Notes: generated by a model from the letters alone, not told the origin. Positions 1-10,755 are shown, numbered from the stretch's first letter. The stretch is 32,000 nt of DNA from Coprobacillaceae bacterium (GCA_963675515.1 OY776328.1:870001-902000); one strand, 5' to 3'. Program-made: numbers and translations.

Positions 1-1398
<1,398 letters not shown>

Positions 1399-1580
1399 TA
1401 CCTTGTTTGAACAGCAAGTTTAAAGCTGAATATAAACGAACTGGATAAGCATAGCCGATTTGATATTTTGGTATAATTGTTAACGAGGTCGTGTTTTCGT
1501 GGAGAAAACCAATGAAACGACTCAACTTGCGCTGTTTTCTCGTTAGTTTACCAATAATTTCATTTCATAAATAATTACAC

Positions 1581-1616
1581 AAAAATGCATCTTCGTTTAA
1601 GAAGATGCATTTTTCC
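1581..1616. terminator. Rho-independent terminator hairpin (A-tract/T-tract on both sides, potentially bidirectional)
   Basis: aaaaATGCATCTTCgtttaaGAAGATGCATtttt: a 10-bp perfect stem (1585-1594 / 1601-1610) followed by a T-run. It lies about 185 nt after the GH1 stop. Confidence 0.75.
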
Positions 1617-1682
1617 CGTTTTTGGATGTGTCCTGTCCAGTCAATGAATTCGACTGGATTATTTGTAGAACTATAAATAATA

Positions 1683-1736
1683 AGCGCCTATCACAGCCAG
1701 TCACTATGACAAGCGGCAATAGGCGCTATTGTTTTT
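1683..1736. terminator. Second hairpin between the convergent GH1 gene and the msm operon end (weak, large loop)
   Basis: AGCGCCTAT (1683-1691) pairs with ATAGGCGCT (1719-1727), giving a 9-bp stem with a 27-nt loop. On the + strand it is followed by ttgttttt. On the - strand it is followed by a T-rich tract about 70 nt after the yesL-like stop. Confidence 0.4.
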
Positions 1737-1798
1737 GGGTTGTTATTCAAATTTTCGGGTTCGTCAGTCAATTATGTCCGCGCATTAAAAATATGAGG

Positions 1799-2428
1799 TT
1801 AATTAGCATCGTAGAATGTTATTGATATTAATTTCATCGATATCATGGTGATCAGTCCAAACCCAAAGAAGAAAAAGCCAAATACATAGGCGGGCTGATT
1901 GACCTGATCAAGGACAGGCAATGCAAGAGGTATGATGTTGAAGCAGACTATCACCAGGGCAATTGCCGGTTTGCTCATCATATAGTATATTGCATCCTTG
2001 AACAGGTTGCGTAAGGTGTTCTTGTACGCGGCGATAACAGGGAAAAGATACAGTAAAATGATCAGGACCAATGTCATGTTCACGGCAATTGGGATATTGA
2101 GGTAAATCATGAAGCCACCGATCTGACTTGACCAGAACAGGTCCAAATAACCAAGAGACAGCAGCAATAAGGCTCCTGCCCAGCAGATTGTTGCTTGTTT
2201 AAAATTGCTTTTGAATCCCGTCCAGAATTCGATTACTGGCTGGACTTCATTCTCGGATTTGAGACTTTTGAGCATCACATGGCATAATGCGGTGTACGAT
2301 GCTCCAATGGTCACAATCGGAAGTGAGAAGAATATGAATAATAGATTGGAAATGACTATCAGGCTGATTTTTCCCATCATTTTTGCGAATCTGCTTTCGG
2401 TATCAAACAAAAATCCAAATACATTCAT
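1799..2428 (-). CDS. DUF624/YesL-family integral membrane protein, last gene of the msm-type operon
   Basis: 209 aa and strongly hydrophobic with several predicted TM segments. The N-terminus FGFLFDTESRFAKMMGKISLIVISNLLFIFFSLPIVTIGASYTALCHVM matches my recollection of YesL/DUF624 proteins that accompany sugar ABC operons. RBS GAGGAAA sits 6 nt before the ATG, and the gene starts 20 nt after the alpha-galactosidase stop. Confidence 0.75.
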   Translation of the reverse strand: MNVFGFLFDTESRFAKMMGKISLIVISNLLFIFFSLPIVTIGASYTALCHVMLKSLKSENEVQPVIEFWTGFKSNFKQATICWAGALLLLSLGYLDLFWSSQIGGFMIYLNIPIAVNMTLVLIILLYLFPVIAAYKNTLRNLFKDAIYYMMSKPAIALVIVCFNIIPLALPVLDQVNQPAYVFGFFFFGFGLITMISMKLISITFYDAN

Positions 2429-2447
2429 TGTTGCTTTCCTCGTTTCT

Positions 2448-4637
2448 CTAAATCTTAATAAAATGTAATTGCTCGGCTGGATAATCGCCCATCATTGATG
2501 GGAAAACATATCCGCCATTCATCAATGCGGCCCCGGTGAATTTCTCCTTTGAGCCTTCTAGAAGATACCAGGCATCAGCCTGCAGGCCTTTGAGCCTGAT
2601 GCAAGGAAGTTCGCTGTTGGCGCAGGCGTCTTTCATCACGAAATTGACCAAAGCCTCGCCTTTGTCTTCGCTGACAAATTCCCAAGCTTGATAGAACTGA
2701 TGGCCACCCAGACTTGCAAGGCGATAATATGTGCCGTTTTGGATCAGCCAATAGTACTTTTTGAAGTCCTTTATCTGCAATATTATCGCTTCTTTTTCTT
2801 CGGAGGAAAGTTTGCCCAGATCCAGCTCATAACCAAATGTCCCGTGCATCGCCACAATGCCCCGGGTTTTTAACGTTGTCGAACGCCCGGTCTGATGGTT
2901 GGGCGATGCAGAAACATGACTGCCCATGGTGCTGATTGGATATCCATATGAAGTTCCTGTTTGAATGTTCAATCGCGCAATCGGATCGGTGTTGTCCGAA
3001 CACCATATCTGGGGCGAGTAATAAAGCATTCCGGCATCGAAGCGGCCACCGCCACCGGCACAGCCCTCGATCATTACATTTGGATAATTTTTTGTCAGCC
3101 GATCCAGCAGAGCATAAGTTCCCAAAACGAATCGATGGGCAGTTTCACCCTGACATTGTGTGGAAGAAGCGTTGGAGTAAACGTTTGAAAGGGGTCGATT
3201 GAAGTCCCATTTGATGTATGAGATGCTGGCGCCGTCGAGTATGGCAGCGATACAGCGATACAGATAATCCTGAACTTCCGGGTTTGACATATCCAACACG
3301 AGCTGGTTTCTTGAAAGAGTGGGTTTTCGCCCCGGATCCTGAAGAACCCATTCCGGATGCGAACGATAGAGATCGGAATCCGGATTGACCATCTCCGGTT
3401 CGAACCAGAGGCCGAATTTCATTCCGATTTTGTTGATTTCATTACTTAGCAGCTTCAATCCCCCCGGTAGTTTCTCTTCGTTGACAAACCAGTCGCCCAG
3501 CCCGGCATCATCGTCATTCCTTTCGCCGAACCAGCCGTCGTCAAGTACCAACATTTCGATCCCCAAATCATGGGCTTCTTGGGCCAAGGTAAGGATCTTG
3601 TCGGTATCGAAATCAAAGTATGTCGCTTCCCAGTTGTTGATCAGAATCGGCCGGCGGGCGTTCAGATATTTTTCGGGACAGACATTTTCTTTGATGATCC
3701 GATGGTAACTGTGGCTTAGACTGTTCAGCCCGTTGGGGCTGTATGACATGATCACTTCGGGGGCGTTGAAGCTGGCTCCCGGTTCAAGATTCCAGAGGAA
3801 ATCTTCGTCATTGATACCCATTACGACCCGGGTGTTGCCGGCCTGGTCAATCTCGATTTGAGATTTGTGGTTGCCCGAATACATCAGCATGAGACCGTAA
3901 CAATCCCCAAAGTCCTCATTCGCTTCCGGGGTGCACAGGATGATGAAGGGGTTTTGCTGATGGCTGCTCATACCTCGCCGTGAGCCAATGGTATGGATAT
4001 CGTGGCCCAAGGCCACTCTTTCTTTCTGTCGCTCCATGCAATGTCTCCCTGGGAAATGGAGCAAATCGAATTGGGTATGCATCAGATCCAAGCAAGACGA
4101 GGCAAATTTTTCCAGTTTGACATTGATGGTTCCGATGTTGGTGATTGCCGCTGTCCGGGTGATTACATCTTTGGTTGGAAACACACCATACGATAATTTC
4201 AATTCCAAACCACATGCATCGTCAATCAGAGTTATCTCCAGGGAATCCGATTCCTCCGCTTTTCCTCTAACACTAGGCAGGCCGTCGATATGGTATTTGC
4301 CTGGAATTATTTCATGTTTTAAATACCTGAATCCGACACTTTTGCTGCCATCGCCACCCGTAAGTGAAATGGAGGAAATCCGGTAATCGCCAACGCCTGA
4401 CCCGGTGAACTCCTGGGGTACAAGATCTGGCGATGTATTTTTGTCATTGAGCTCGTAAGTGATGCCGGAGATGGAACGCTCCCGGTGCAAGGAAAAATAT
4501 TCCATGCTCATGTTGGCGACGGTCCTGCCGTAATAAAGATGACGCAATATTCCGCTTTCATCGATTTTAATCTGATATGTACTGTTTTTGGTTTGCAGGT
4601 GGAATACCTGATCCATGCTGTCGAATTCGATGCTCAT
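2448..4637 (-). CDS. aga: alpha-galactosidase, glycoside hydrolase family 36 (raffinose/melibiose type)
   Basis: 729 aa, a typical GH36 length. Motifs YIKWDFNRP (nucleophile region) and EGCAGGGGRFD (acid/base region) are present. RBS GGAGA sits 6 nt upstream. Its operon context is msmEFG plus sucrose phosphorylase. Confidence 0.93.
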   Translation of the reverse strand: MSIEFDSMDQVFHLQTKNSTYQIKIDESGILRHLYYGRTVANMSMEYFSLHRERSISGITYELNDKNTSPDLVPQEFTGSGVGDYRISSISLTGGDGSKSVGFRYLKHEIIPGKYHIDGLPSVRGKAEESDSLEITLIDDACGLELKLSYGVFPTKDVITRTAAITNIGTINVKLEKFASSCLDLMHTQFDLLHFPGRHCMERQKERVALGHDIHTIGSRRGMSSHQQNPFIILCTPEANEDFGDCYGLMLMYSGNHKSQIEIDQAGNTRVVMGINDEDFLWNLEPGASFNAPEVIMSYSPNGLNSLSHSYHRIIKENVCPEKYLNARRPILINNWEATYFDFDTDKILTLAQEAHDLGIEMLVLDDGWFGERNDDDAGLGDWFVNEEKLPGGLKLLSNEINKIGMKFGLWFEPEMVNPDSDLYRSHPEWVLQDPGRKPTLSRNQLVLDMSNPEVQDYLYRCIAAILDGASISYIKWDFNRPLSNVYSNASSTQCQGETAHRFVLGTYALLDRLTKNYPNVMIEGCAGGGGRFDAGMLYYSPQIWCSDNTDPIARLNIQTGTSYGYPISTMGSHVSASPNHQTGRSTTLKTRGIVAMHGTFGYELDLGKLSSEEKEAIILQIKDFKKYYWLIQNGTYYRLASLGGHQFYQAWEFVSEDKGEALVNFVMKDACANSELPCIRLKGLQADAWYLLEGSKEKFTGAALMNGGYVFPSMMGDYPAEQLHFIKI

Positions 4638-4658
4638 TACTGATCTCCGAATATGCCG

Positions 4659-5498
4659 CTAAAGCTTTCCACCGGATGTGGCAATTCCCTCGACAAACTG
4701 CTTCTGGAAGATCAGGTAAATCACCAGCATCGGAATCACGGCCATAACCGCACCGGCCATCAGCTGCGGATAGTTGCTGGTGAACTGGCCTTGCAATTTA
4801 GCCAATGCCGCCGCCAGGGTTGTCGCTGACGATTTTGTGGCGACGATCATCGGCCACATCATGTCCTTGTAGGCAAACAAGGCGGTGAATATTCCAAGCG
4901 ACACCATTGAAGACCTTGCCAATGGCATCATGATTTTGTAGAATCTCTGCCAGATATTGCAACCGTCGATTTCAGCCGCTTCTTCCAGTTCTTTAGGCAA
5001 TGTCTGGTATCCCTGTTTTAACAGGTACGTTCCAAATGCAGTAACCATTCCCGGGAATAAAAGAGCGAACTGCGTATTTAGCATACCCAGTCCAGAAACC
5101 ATCAGGTATTGAGGGATGATGAATATTTGCGATGGCACCATCATCTGGATCAACACCAGGGCAAATACCAGCCGTTTGAAAGGGAAATTCAGGCGGCCTA
5201 AAGCATATCCAGCCATCGTAGCGGTCAGGCAGGCGAAAATAACCCGGAGCAAAATCATCAACAAGGTGTTAATATATAATGTCAGGAAGTTGTAGGAATT
5301 CCACACCTGTGAGAAATTCCCGAATTGCCAGTCGCCATTTGGAAAAATGTAAAAAGGATCGACCGAGATCGACTGACCTCTGGTCTTGAATGCTGTAAGT
5401 ACCATCCAGATGAATGGTACCATCATAATCAGTGCCCCGCAGATCAAAATAGCGTGAATGACTGCGCGAGTGATTCTTGTTTTAGTTTGATAACCCAT
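4659..5498 (-). CDS. msmG: carbohydrate ABC transporter permease (CUT1 family, MsmG-like)
   Basis: 279 aa and multi-TM, with the EAA loop LEEAAEIDGCNIWQRFYKIMMPLA. RBS GGAGG sits 8 nt upstream of the ATG. Confidence 0.9.
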   Translation of the reverse strand: MGYQTKTRITRAVIHAILICGALIMMVPFIWMVLTAFKTRGQSISVDPFYIFPNGDWQFGNFSQVWNSYNFLTLYINTLLMILLRVIFACLTATMAGYALGRLNFPFKRLVFALVLIQMMVPSQIFIIPQYLMVSGLGMLNTQFALLFPGMVTAFGTYLLKQGYQTLPKELEEAAEIDGCNIWQRFYKIMMPLARSSMVSLGIFTALFAYKDMMWPMIVATKSSATTLAAALAKLQGQFTSNYPQLMAGAVMAVIPMLVIYLIFQKQFVEGIATSGGKL

Positions 5499-5516
5499 TA
5501 TTTAAACCTCCTCATG

Positions 5517-6404
5517 TTAATTATAGAACACCCATTTTTTTTCAAGCTTTTGGATTGCAAATGTGATCAAGGAAATAATCACCAGCATTACCACGACAAT
5601 GGCAGCACCATAGCCCCGGTTTGAATTGACGAATGAATGTTCATAGAATAAATAAGTTATTGGTTTTACCGATGTAAAGGCCCTGCTGGTCGTGTCCATG
5701 ATCATGAACGGCAGATCGAACAGCTGCAGAGCGCCAATGATCCCAGTCTGGATGATGAAGAAAAGCATCGGAGAGAGCATCGGTATGGTAATATTGAAAA
5801 ATGAATGGAAGCCTGAGGCACCATCTATTGTTGCGGCTTCATAGTAATCTTTGGGAATGTCCTGCAAACCGCCAAGAAGCAAAACCATGTTGTACCCGAT
5901 ACCGCTCCAGATACCGACAATGGCGACACAGATCCAGGCAATGCTTGGATTGGTGACCCAACCGATATCAGAATTGAAGACATGGTTGATCAAACCGAAA
6001 TCCATGTTGTACATCCATCGCCATACCATCGCAACGGCTGCTGGAGCACAAATCATCGGCAGGAAGTAAATTGTCCGGTATAAAGTCCGGCCTCTCATTT
6101 TTCTGTTGAGCAGGACGGCCAGGACCAGGGAAATGGAAATGCCAAACGGAACTGTCAAAATGGCATATTTGAAAGTGTTGATCAATGCCTGGAATACCTC
6201 AGGATCCTTGAGGACGTTCACGTAGTTTTCCAATCCAATGAAAACATTGCCGATTCCAAAATCTCCCGTCTTGCAGAATGAAAGATAAATTGTTTGGACG
6301 ATTGGATAAAAGTTTAGCACCAGTAATCCAAGCAGGGTTGGGGCCACCATAATCAGGCCCCATTTGGCCTCATTTTTTTGTTTTCTTGTTCTCTTGTTTT
6401 TCAT
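5517..6404 (-). CDS. msmF: carbohydrate ABC transporter permease (CUT1 family, MsmF-like)
   Basis: EAA loop YYEAATIDGASGFHSFFNITIPML. I place the start at the internal Met (MKNKRTRKQKNEAKWG...) because AAGGAG sits 6 nt upstream of it. The 21-codon extension in the ORF track overlaps an intercistronic hairpin and has no RBS. Confidence 0.88.
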   Translation of the reverse strand: MKNKRTRKQKNEAKWGLIMVAPTLLGLLVLNFYPIVQTIYLSFCKTGDFGIGNVFIGLENYVNVLKDPEVFQALINTFKYAILTVPFGISISLVLAVLLNRKMRGRTLYRTIYFLPMICAPAAVAMVWRWMYNMDFGLINHVFNSDIGWVTNPSIAWICVAIVGIWSGIGYNMVLLLGGLQDIPKDYYEAATIDGASGFHSFFNITIPMLSPMLFFIIQTGIIGALQLFDLPFMIMDTTSRAFTSVKPITYLFYEHSFVNSNRGYGAAIVVVMLVIISLITFAIQKLEKKWVFYN

Positions 6405-6431
6405 GGGAACTCCTTTTCTTTTAATGAATTG

Positions 6432-6461
6432 GAGAGTGAGATGATTTTTCACCTCACTCTC
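6432..6461 (-). other. Intercistronic stem-loop between msmE and msmF
   Basis: GAGAGTGAG (6432-6440) and CTCACTCTC (6453-6461) form a 9-bp perfect stem with a 12-nt loop. No T-run follows on the - strand, so this looks like an mRNA-stabilising or partial-attenuation hairpin after the binding-protein cistron, not a full terminator. Confidence 0.5.
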
Positions 6462-6482
6462 AATCAATAATTAATTGAAGCT

Positions 6483-7760
6483 TTATTCAGCGGCAATAGT
6501 CGCGTTCATTTCAGTTGCAATTTTCTTGCATACATCTGTCATTGTACCTGGATTGTTCCAAGCGCTGATCAATTCATTATTCATTGCATTTTCCCATCTA
6601 CCAGTATATTTGGTATATGGCCTGAAAACCAATGTCCCGTTTTCTTCGACATCGGAGAATGCCGAGAAATTCATTCCATCGAATGATTGGGTCCAAGCCT
6701 CAGAATATCCTTCGTAAGCCGCCATTGTCACACCATATTCAGATTGTTTCTGTTGGCCATCAGCCGAGGTCAGTGCAGAAACAAGTGCCCATGAATCATC
6801 AAGGTTTTTTGAGTCTTTATAGATTGACCATCCCAAACCGTTGTAAATTGATACTCTTTCTTCCTTTTGCGCTTGACCATCTCCGTTTACATCAGCGTAG
6901 GGAATCTCCACACACGCAAAATCTGATTTGTTGTCTGCAGAATAATAGGAATTTGCCATCCATGAACCGTCGAGGTACATCCCGATTTTTCCTGACACAA
7001 GCATTGTATCGCCAGCAGTATTTGCCATTGAGTCCTGTGAAGGGCAGGCTGGCAAGATTTTGTCAGCCACGAAATTCATTGCTTCAAGAGTTGCGGCATC
7101 ATCTAATCCTGATTTTGTCATATCCTCGCTTATGATTGATCCGCCAAATGCATAGACTATGTTGTACCATCCGCTTTGGTTGGATCCGGTATTCATATAT
7201 GTTCCGTAAACGCCGTCGTCTTTGCCTTTGTCGGTGATTTCTTGGGCGATCTGTGCAAATTCTTCCCAATTCCAGTCACTTGTCGGGTAGTCAACGCCAT
7301 ATTTGTCGAATACCGCCTTGTTGTATACTACCGCAATAGTGTCGTGGTCCTTTGGCATGGCAAATTGAGTGCCGTTGGAATTGTAGAGTTCGGTAATTCC
7401 CGGATAGTAATTGTCAAGGTTGATTGCATCGTCATTTTCAATATAGTTGTTCATATTCAGCAATACTCCTGCATCAGAATACATTTGCGAATAGGAACTG
7501 TGCATCCAGAAGACATCCGGCAAGTCTCCGCCTGAAACACCGGCTTCAAGCATCGTCCAGTAACTTTCCCAGTTCAATACTTCAAAATCGACATTTACTC
7601 CAGAATCTTTACTCCATTCATCTGCAATTTTTTCAAGTCCGCCCAATTGGTTATTGTCCCAGATCGCTACCTTGATGGAATCATTGCTTGAACTGCTGCA
7701 GCCTGCCAAAAGTGATAATGACATCGCTGAGCTCAATAGTAATGCTGATACTTTTTTCAT
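6483..7760 (-). CDS. msmE: sugar ABC transporter substrate-binding lipoprotein (family 1, MsmE-like)
   Basis: The start is chosen at MKKVSALLLSSAMSLSLLAGCSSS, which gives a signal peptide plus the lipobox LLAGC. RBS GGAGAG sits about 7 nt upstream. Length and composition fit a family-1 solute-binding protein. Confidence 0.9.
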   Translation of the reverse strand: MKKVSALLLSSAMSLSLLAGCSSSSNDSIKVAIWDNNQLGGLEKIADEWSKDSGVNVDFEVLNWESYWTMLEAGVSGGDLPDVFWMHSSYSQMYSDAGVLLNMNNYIENDDAINLDNYYPGITELYNSNGTQFAMPKDHDTIAVVYNKAVFDKYGVDYPTSDWNWEEFAQIAQEITDKGKDDGVYGTYMNTGSNQSGWYNIVYAFGGSIISEDMTKSGLDDAATLEAMNFVADKILPACPSQDSMANTAGDTMLVSGKIGMYLDGSWMANSYYSADNKSDFACVEIPYADVNGDGQAQKEERVSIYNGLGWSIYKDSKNLDDSWALVSALTSADGQQKQSEYGVTMAAYEGYSEAWTQSFDGMNFSAFSDVEENGTLVFRPYTKYTGRWENAMNNELISAWNNPGTMTDVCKKIATEMNATIAAE

Positions 7761-7857
7761 TTGTTTCTCTCCTTTTTTGTTTTGCCGCGCACTGTGTTTA
7801 TGGTGATCAAACACTCATCCGGACTCAGGACATTTAAGCAAAATCCCGCATCAGAGT

Positions 7858-7871
7858 GAAAGCGCTTTGAC
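7858..7871 (-). promoter_or_regulatory. cre-like box (CcpA operator) in the msmE promoter
   Basis: tgaaagcgctttga (- strand TCAAAGCGCTTTCA) has a palindromic AAGCGCTT core that fits the cre consensus WTGNAANCGNWNNCW. It lies 8 nt downstream of the putative -10 box. Confidence 0.6.
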
Positions 7872-7879
7872 ATTTTCAA

Positions 7880-7907
7880 TTATATGATAATGGGGAAAAT
7901 AAACAAT
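7880..7907 (-). promoter_or_regulatory. putative sigma-A promoter of msmEFG-aga-yesL
   Basis: The - strand reads TTGTTT (7907-7902), a 16-nt spacer, then TATAAT (7885-7880). The weak -35 is consistent with an activator-dependent (AraC/MsmR) promoter. It lies about 120 nt upstream of the msmE ATG. Confidence 0.4.
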
Positions 7908-8184
7908 ATGGTTATGTTGCCTAAAGATAACCGAATGTTAGATGATTTTGACACAGTCAACATTAGGTAATATTTTTACAACTATTGGAAATAGGGTTAC
8001 CGTTTTAAAAATAGTGAGTTTAGCATATAAAATTGATTGAGTGATGATTTTATAACCTCTTTGGTTTTCAAAAATCGCTATGTTATAAAATTCACCTTAT
8101 GTTAAGATGTGGCATTTGACAAGGATTGATATGGGCATCAGTTTAAAACTGGGGAGAGTGTAAGGCCAGATTCTTTCAACAATG

Positions 8185-8217
8185 AAAAAACCGGAAACCC
8201 AATTATTTCCGGTTTTT
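8185..8217 (-). terminator. Rho-independent terminator after the AraC/MsmR gene
   Basis: aaaAAACCGGAAAcccaattaTTTCCGGTTTtt has a 10-bp stem. On the - strand it is followed by TTTTTT, 56 nt after the msmR stop. Confidence 0.8.
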
Positions 8218-8272
8218 AGATATTCAACACAAGTACCGTTTGTCACAACCAAATTAATCCGTGTTTGGGTGC

Positions 8273-9130
8273 CTAATTTTCATCATAGTTGGTCTTGATC
8301 TTGTCTTTTTTCAGGCCGTGAACTCTCCTATATTCACGGGGTCCCATTTTATAAATTTGTGTAAACGCTTTTGAAAATGAAATGTGATTCGCGTAACCGC
8401 AGGAACAGGCGATATAATTTATTGATAAATCCGTATTCACCAGATAATGTTCCGCCTGTTTTAAGCGGTACTTCTTCAAGAATTCCTGGGGCGACTGCTT
8501 CAGATGATTCTTGAACAGGGTTGATAAATAGCTTCGGTTCAAACCGATATAATCCGCAATCGCCTGGATTGAGACGTTGTTCTGGTAATTGTTCTGAATG
8601 TATGCAATCGTTTTTTGAACATAGGTGTTTTCATCTTCATTTACCTGGATGATTGGCATGTTAGTTTTCTTGGCAATACAAGCGAGCAGAAGGAACAGTT
8701 TCCCTTGGATGTACATTTCATTTGAGTAACTTAGCTTGTAATGGGCTAACATATCGATGATGATCTCCCGGATTAAATCGATGTTGCCAATATGGGCGAC
8801 CGGGTTTTCCAGGCTCAGATTGCAGCTTTTCAAATAGATAGATGCCTTGGTTCCGTTAAAGCCAATCCAGGCATAAGTCCAGGGGTTGTTTTGCTCGGCG
8901 TGATAGAATGTGACCTCGCCAGGTATGATAAGAAAAACGTCTCCGGCCTTGATGTCGTAGATCCGGTTATTCACGTGAAATTTACCCTTGCCGGCCAGGC
9001 AATAATGAATAAGGTAATTATTCCGGACTGCAGGACCGTATGAGTAGCTAGGGGCACATTCCTCCATCCCGCAAAAATCAAGATATAAATCTTCAAATGA
9101 TCTGTCTTCCATTTCCAAATAAGAGTACAT
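8273..9130 (-). CDS. msmR: AraC-family transcriptional regulator (MsmR-like, cupin sensor domain plus C-terminal HTH)
   Basis: The C-terminal AraC HTH is SIQAIADYIGLNRSYLSTLFKNHLKQSPQEFLKKYRLKQAEHYL. I place the start at MYSYLEMEDRSFEDLYL, which has AGGAG 7 nt upstream and aligns with the start of the paralog at 21654. The 26-codon upstream extension in the ORF track lacks an RBS. Confidence 0.88.
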   Translation of the reverse strand: MYSYLEMEDRSFEDLYLDFCGMEECAPSYSYGPAVRNNYLIHYCLAGKGKFHVNNRIYDIKAGDVFLIIPGEVTFYHAEQNNPWTYAWIGFNGTKASIYLKSCNLSLENPVAHIGNIDLIREIIIDMLAHYKLSYSNEMYIQGKLFLLLACIAKKTNMPIIQVNEDENTYVQKTIAYIQNNYQNNVSIQAIADYIGLNRSYLSTLFKNHLKQSPQEFLKKYRLKQAEHYLVNTDLSINYIACSCGYANHISFSKAFTQIYKMGPREYRRVHGLKKDKIKTNYDEN

Positions 9131-9321
9131 GGCACTGCTCCTTATTTTTATAAACCTTTTATTGATGGAAAGAACCGGTAATCTTATCCTTTCCATTTTT
9201 TTTGTCAACTACGATGACCTATATATCAACAGTTTACACTAAAACGGATTTGAAAATAAGTATTTTAATAACGAAGATTACTCTTAGATTTTGGTTGACT
9301 TGAAAAACAGCACGCTTGCAT

Positions 9322-10755
9322 TTAGAATTCAAGAACGTAATCATTGCTTTTTTCAGAGACTCTGATTGAGAATTTATATGTCTCAAGGTCGGCTTCCAGA
9401 ACAGCTGTCGAATCTGCGGTTTCACGTCTGATCAACAGGTTGCTGCCATTAGCTTCGCAATGGCATTCACCATCGAATGCCTTGCACTGATTCCTGAAAA
9501 CCATCAGTTTTCTAAGATCCCGGACAATTTGGCGTTCCATGTTTGCTTTGACCTCTTCAACGCTGTAGTAATGGCGGTTGATATTTCGACCCTCCTTTGT
9601 TTTTTCCAAAAGTTCAAGGTCGTTTTCGCCAGCTAGCATCCCGACATAATATACCTGAGGGATACCTGGGGCAAAAAATTGAATAGCTCGGGCCAGCAAA
9701 TATGCGTCATCACGATTGCCTAGTGCCGAATAGTACGTGCAATTAATCTGGTAGATGTCAAGGTTGTTATACTCTTCACTGCTATACTTTTTCTTGACGT
9801 TGGCTCCTTTGGCGTACAGTAGTTCTTTCGTGTCGTCGATTTCTTCTGGGGTCAGCAGTTCGACAACATCGACAACCCCGATGCCGTCATGGGTATCCAG
9901 GGTGGTCATCTGTTTGCGCGGGCAGATATCGAGCCAGTGCTTCAGTCGTTTTCCGTCATGTTTGTACAATGTATGCAATACTAGCATCGGTAACGCGAAA
10001 TCATAAACCCAGAAACCCTTTTGGGCTATTTTCATCTGGATCGAATAGTGCTCATGAATTTCCGGCAAGATTTCGACACCATATTTTTTGGTAACCTTCT
10101 CGATGTCATAAAGCAGGTCCCACATTTCGGGCTCGACGAAAAAGCAGCTTGTGTCAGGTTTCTTAATGGCATAGGCGAATGCATCCAATCGAATCATCGA
10201 AGCGCCCTGATTGCACATGTCCTCCAATGTTTTATTGATGAAATTTCGGGTGATATCTTTTTTGACATCAAGATCGATCTGTTCTTCGCCAAACGTACAC
10301 CAGATCTTTTCAACTGTGCCGTCATTGAATTCAAGATCGACGTAAGGAGCCTTTGGTTTTCTCTTATAGATTTTATCAACCTGTTCTTCGGTTGGTTCGC
10401 CACCATCCCAGAAATCCTTGTATCTTATGAAAAGGTCTTTGTACTCTGACTTTTCCTTGTTTTGCTTGAAATCCAGATAATAAGGTGAATGGGCTGAGAT
10501 GTGATTGACCATGAAATCATACATCAATCCGTATTTTTTTCCGATCCTCTGCAAATCTGTGAAATTTCCAAACTTGTCATCGACCACATCATAACGCATC
10601 GGTGCAAATCCCCGATCCGCAGATGAGGGAAAGAAAGGAAGTACGTGCACATTACCAATTGCATCCTGGTAGTACTTTTCAAGAATTTCCTCCATCTCAT
10701 TGAAATTCTTGCCTAAACTATCACCATATGTGATTAACATTACTTGATTTTTCAT
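9322..10755 (-). CDS. gtfA: sucrose phosphorylase (GH13 subfamily 18)
   Basis: 477 aa. The N-terminus MKNQVMLITYGDSLGKN...HVLPFFPSSADRGFAPMRYD, plus RLDAFAY (nucleophile Asp), LPEIHEH and LDTHDGIG, are characteristic of sucrose phosphorylases. RBS GGAGG sits 7 nt upstream. Confidence 0.9.
   Translation of the reverse strand: MKNQVMLITYGDSLGKNFNEMEEILEKYYQDAIGNVHVLPFFPSSADRGFAPMRYDVVDDKFGNFTDLQRIGKKYGLMYDFMVNHISAHSPYYLDFKQNKEKSEYKDLFIRYKDFWDGGEPTEEQVDKIYKRKPKAPYVDLEFNDGTVEKIWCTFGEEQIDLDVKKDITRNFINKTLEDMCNQGASMIRLDAFAYAIKKPDTSCFFVEPEMWDLLYDIEKVTKKYGVEILPEIHEHYSIQMKIAQKGFWVYDFALPMLVLHTLYKHDGKRLKHWLDICPRKQMTTLDTHDGIGVVDVVELLTPEEIDDTKELLYAKGANVKKKYSSEEYNNLDIYQINCTYYSALGNRDDAYLLARAIQFFAPGIPQVYYVGMLAGENDLELLEKTKEGRNINRHYYSVEEVKANMERQIVRDLRKLMVFRNQCKAFDGECHCEANGSNLLIRRETADSTAVLEADLETYKFSIRVSEKSNDYVLEF

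Noticed and set aside
1399-1580. About 180 nt between the GH1 stop and its terminator, including TGgTATAAT-like and small imperfect hairpins
   Set aside because: It has no ORF, no strong structure and no recognisable RNA motif. It is probably just a 3' UTR. The - strand ORF at 1286-1525 overlaps the GH1 3' end and is spurious.
6632-7135. 167-aa ORF on the + strand, plus 7176-7535 and 7424-7675
   Set aside because: They are antisense to msmE, Arg/His-rich with odd composition, and have no start context.
8051-8095. Inverted repeat ATTTTATAAC ... GTTATAAAAT (29-nt spacer) upstream of the msmE promoter
   Set aside because: It is pure A/T, so chance occurrence in an AT-rich intergenic region is likely. 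It could be an MsmR site, but I cannot support that without a second copy in the gtfA promoter, and I did not find one.
9165-9195. Inverted repeat ATGGAAAG-N16-CTTTCCAT followed by a T7 run on the + strand, shaped like a terminator
   Set aside because: There is no + strand gene upstream to terminate, and the 16-nt loop is large. It sits in the msmR promoter region, where the A/T run may simply be an UP-like element. Its resemblance to the palindrome at 26659 (shared word TTCCAT/ATGGAA) is too short to be meaningful.
5517-9208. N-terminal extensions in the ORF track for msmF (to 6467), msmE (to 7814) and msmR (to 9208); likewise for the transposase (to 28169), AKR (from 22860), SDR (from 25139) and binding protein (from 11429)
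   Set aside because: In each case an internal Met has a proper Shine-Dalgarno sequence at 5-9 nt and yields a canonical N-terminus (signal peptide/lipobox, Rossmann motif or DEDD motif). The longer starts have no RBS.
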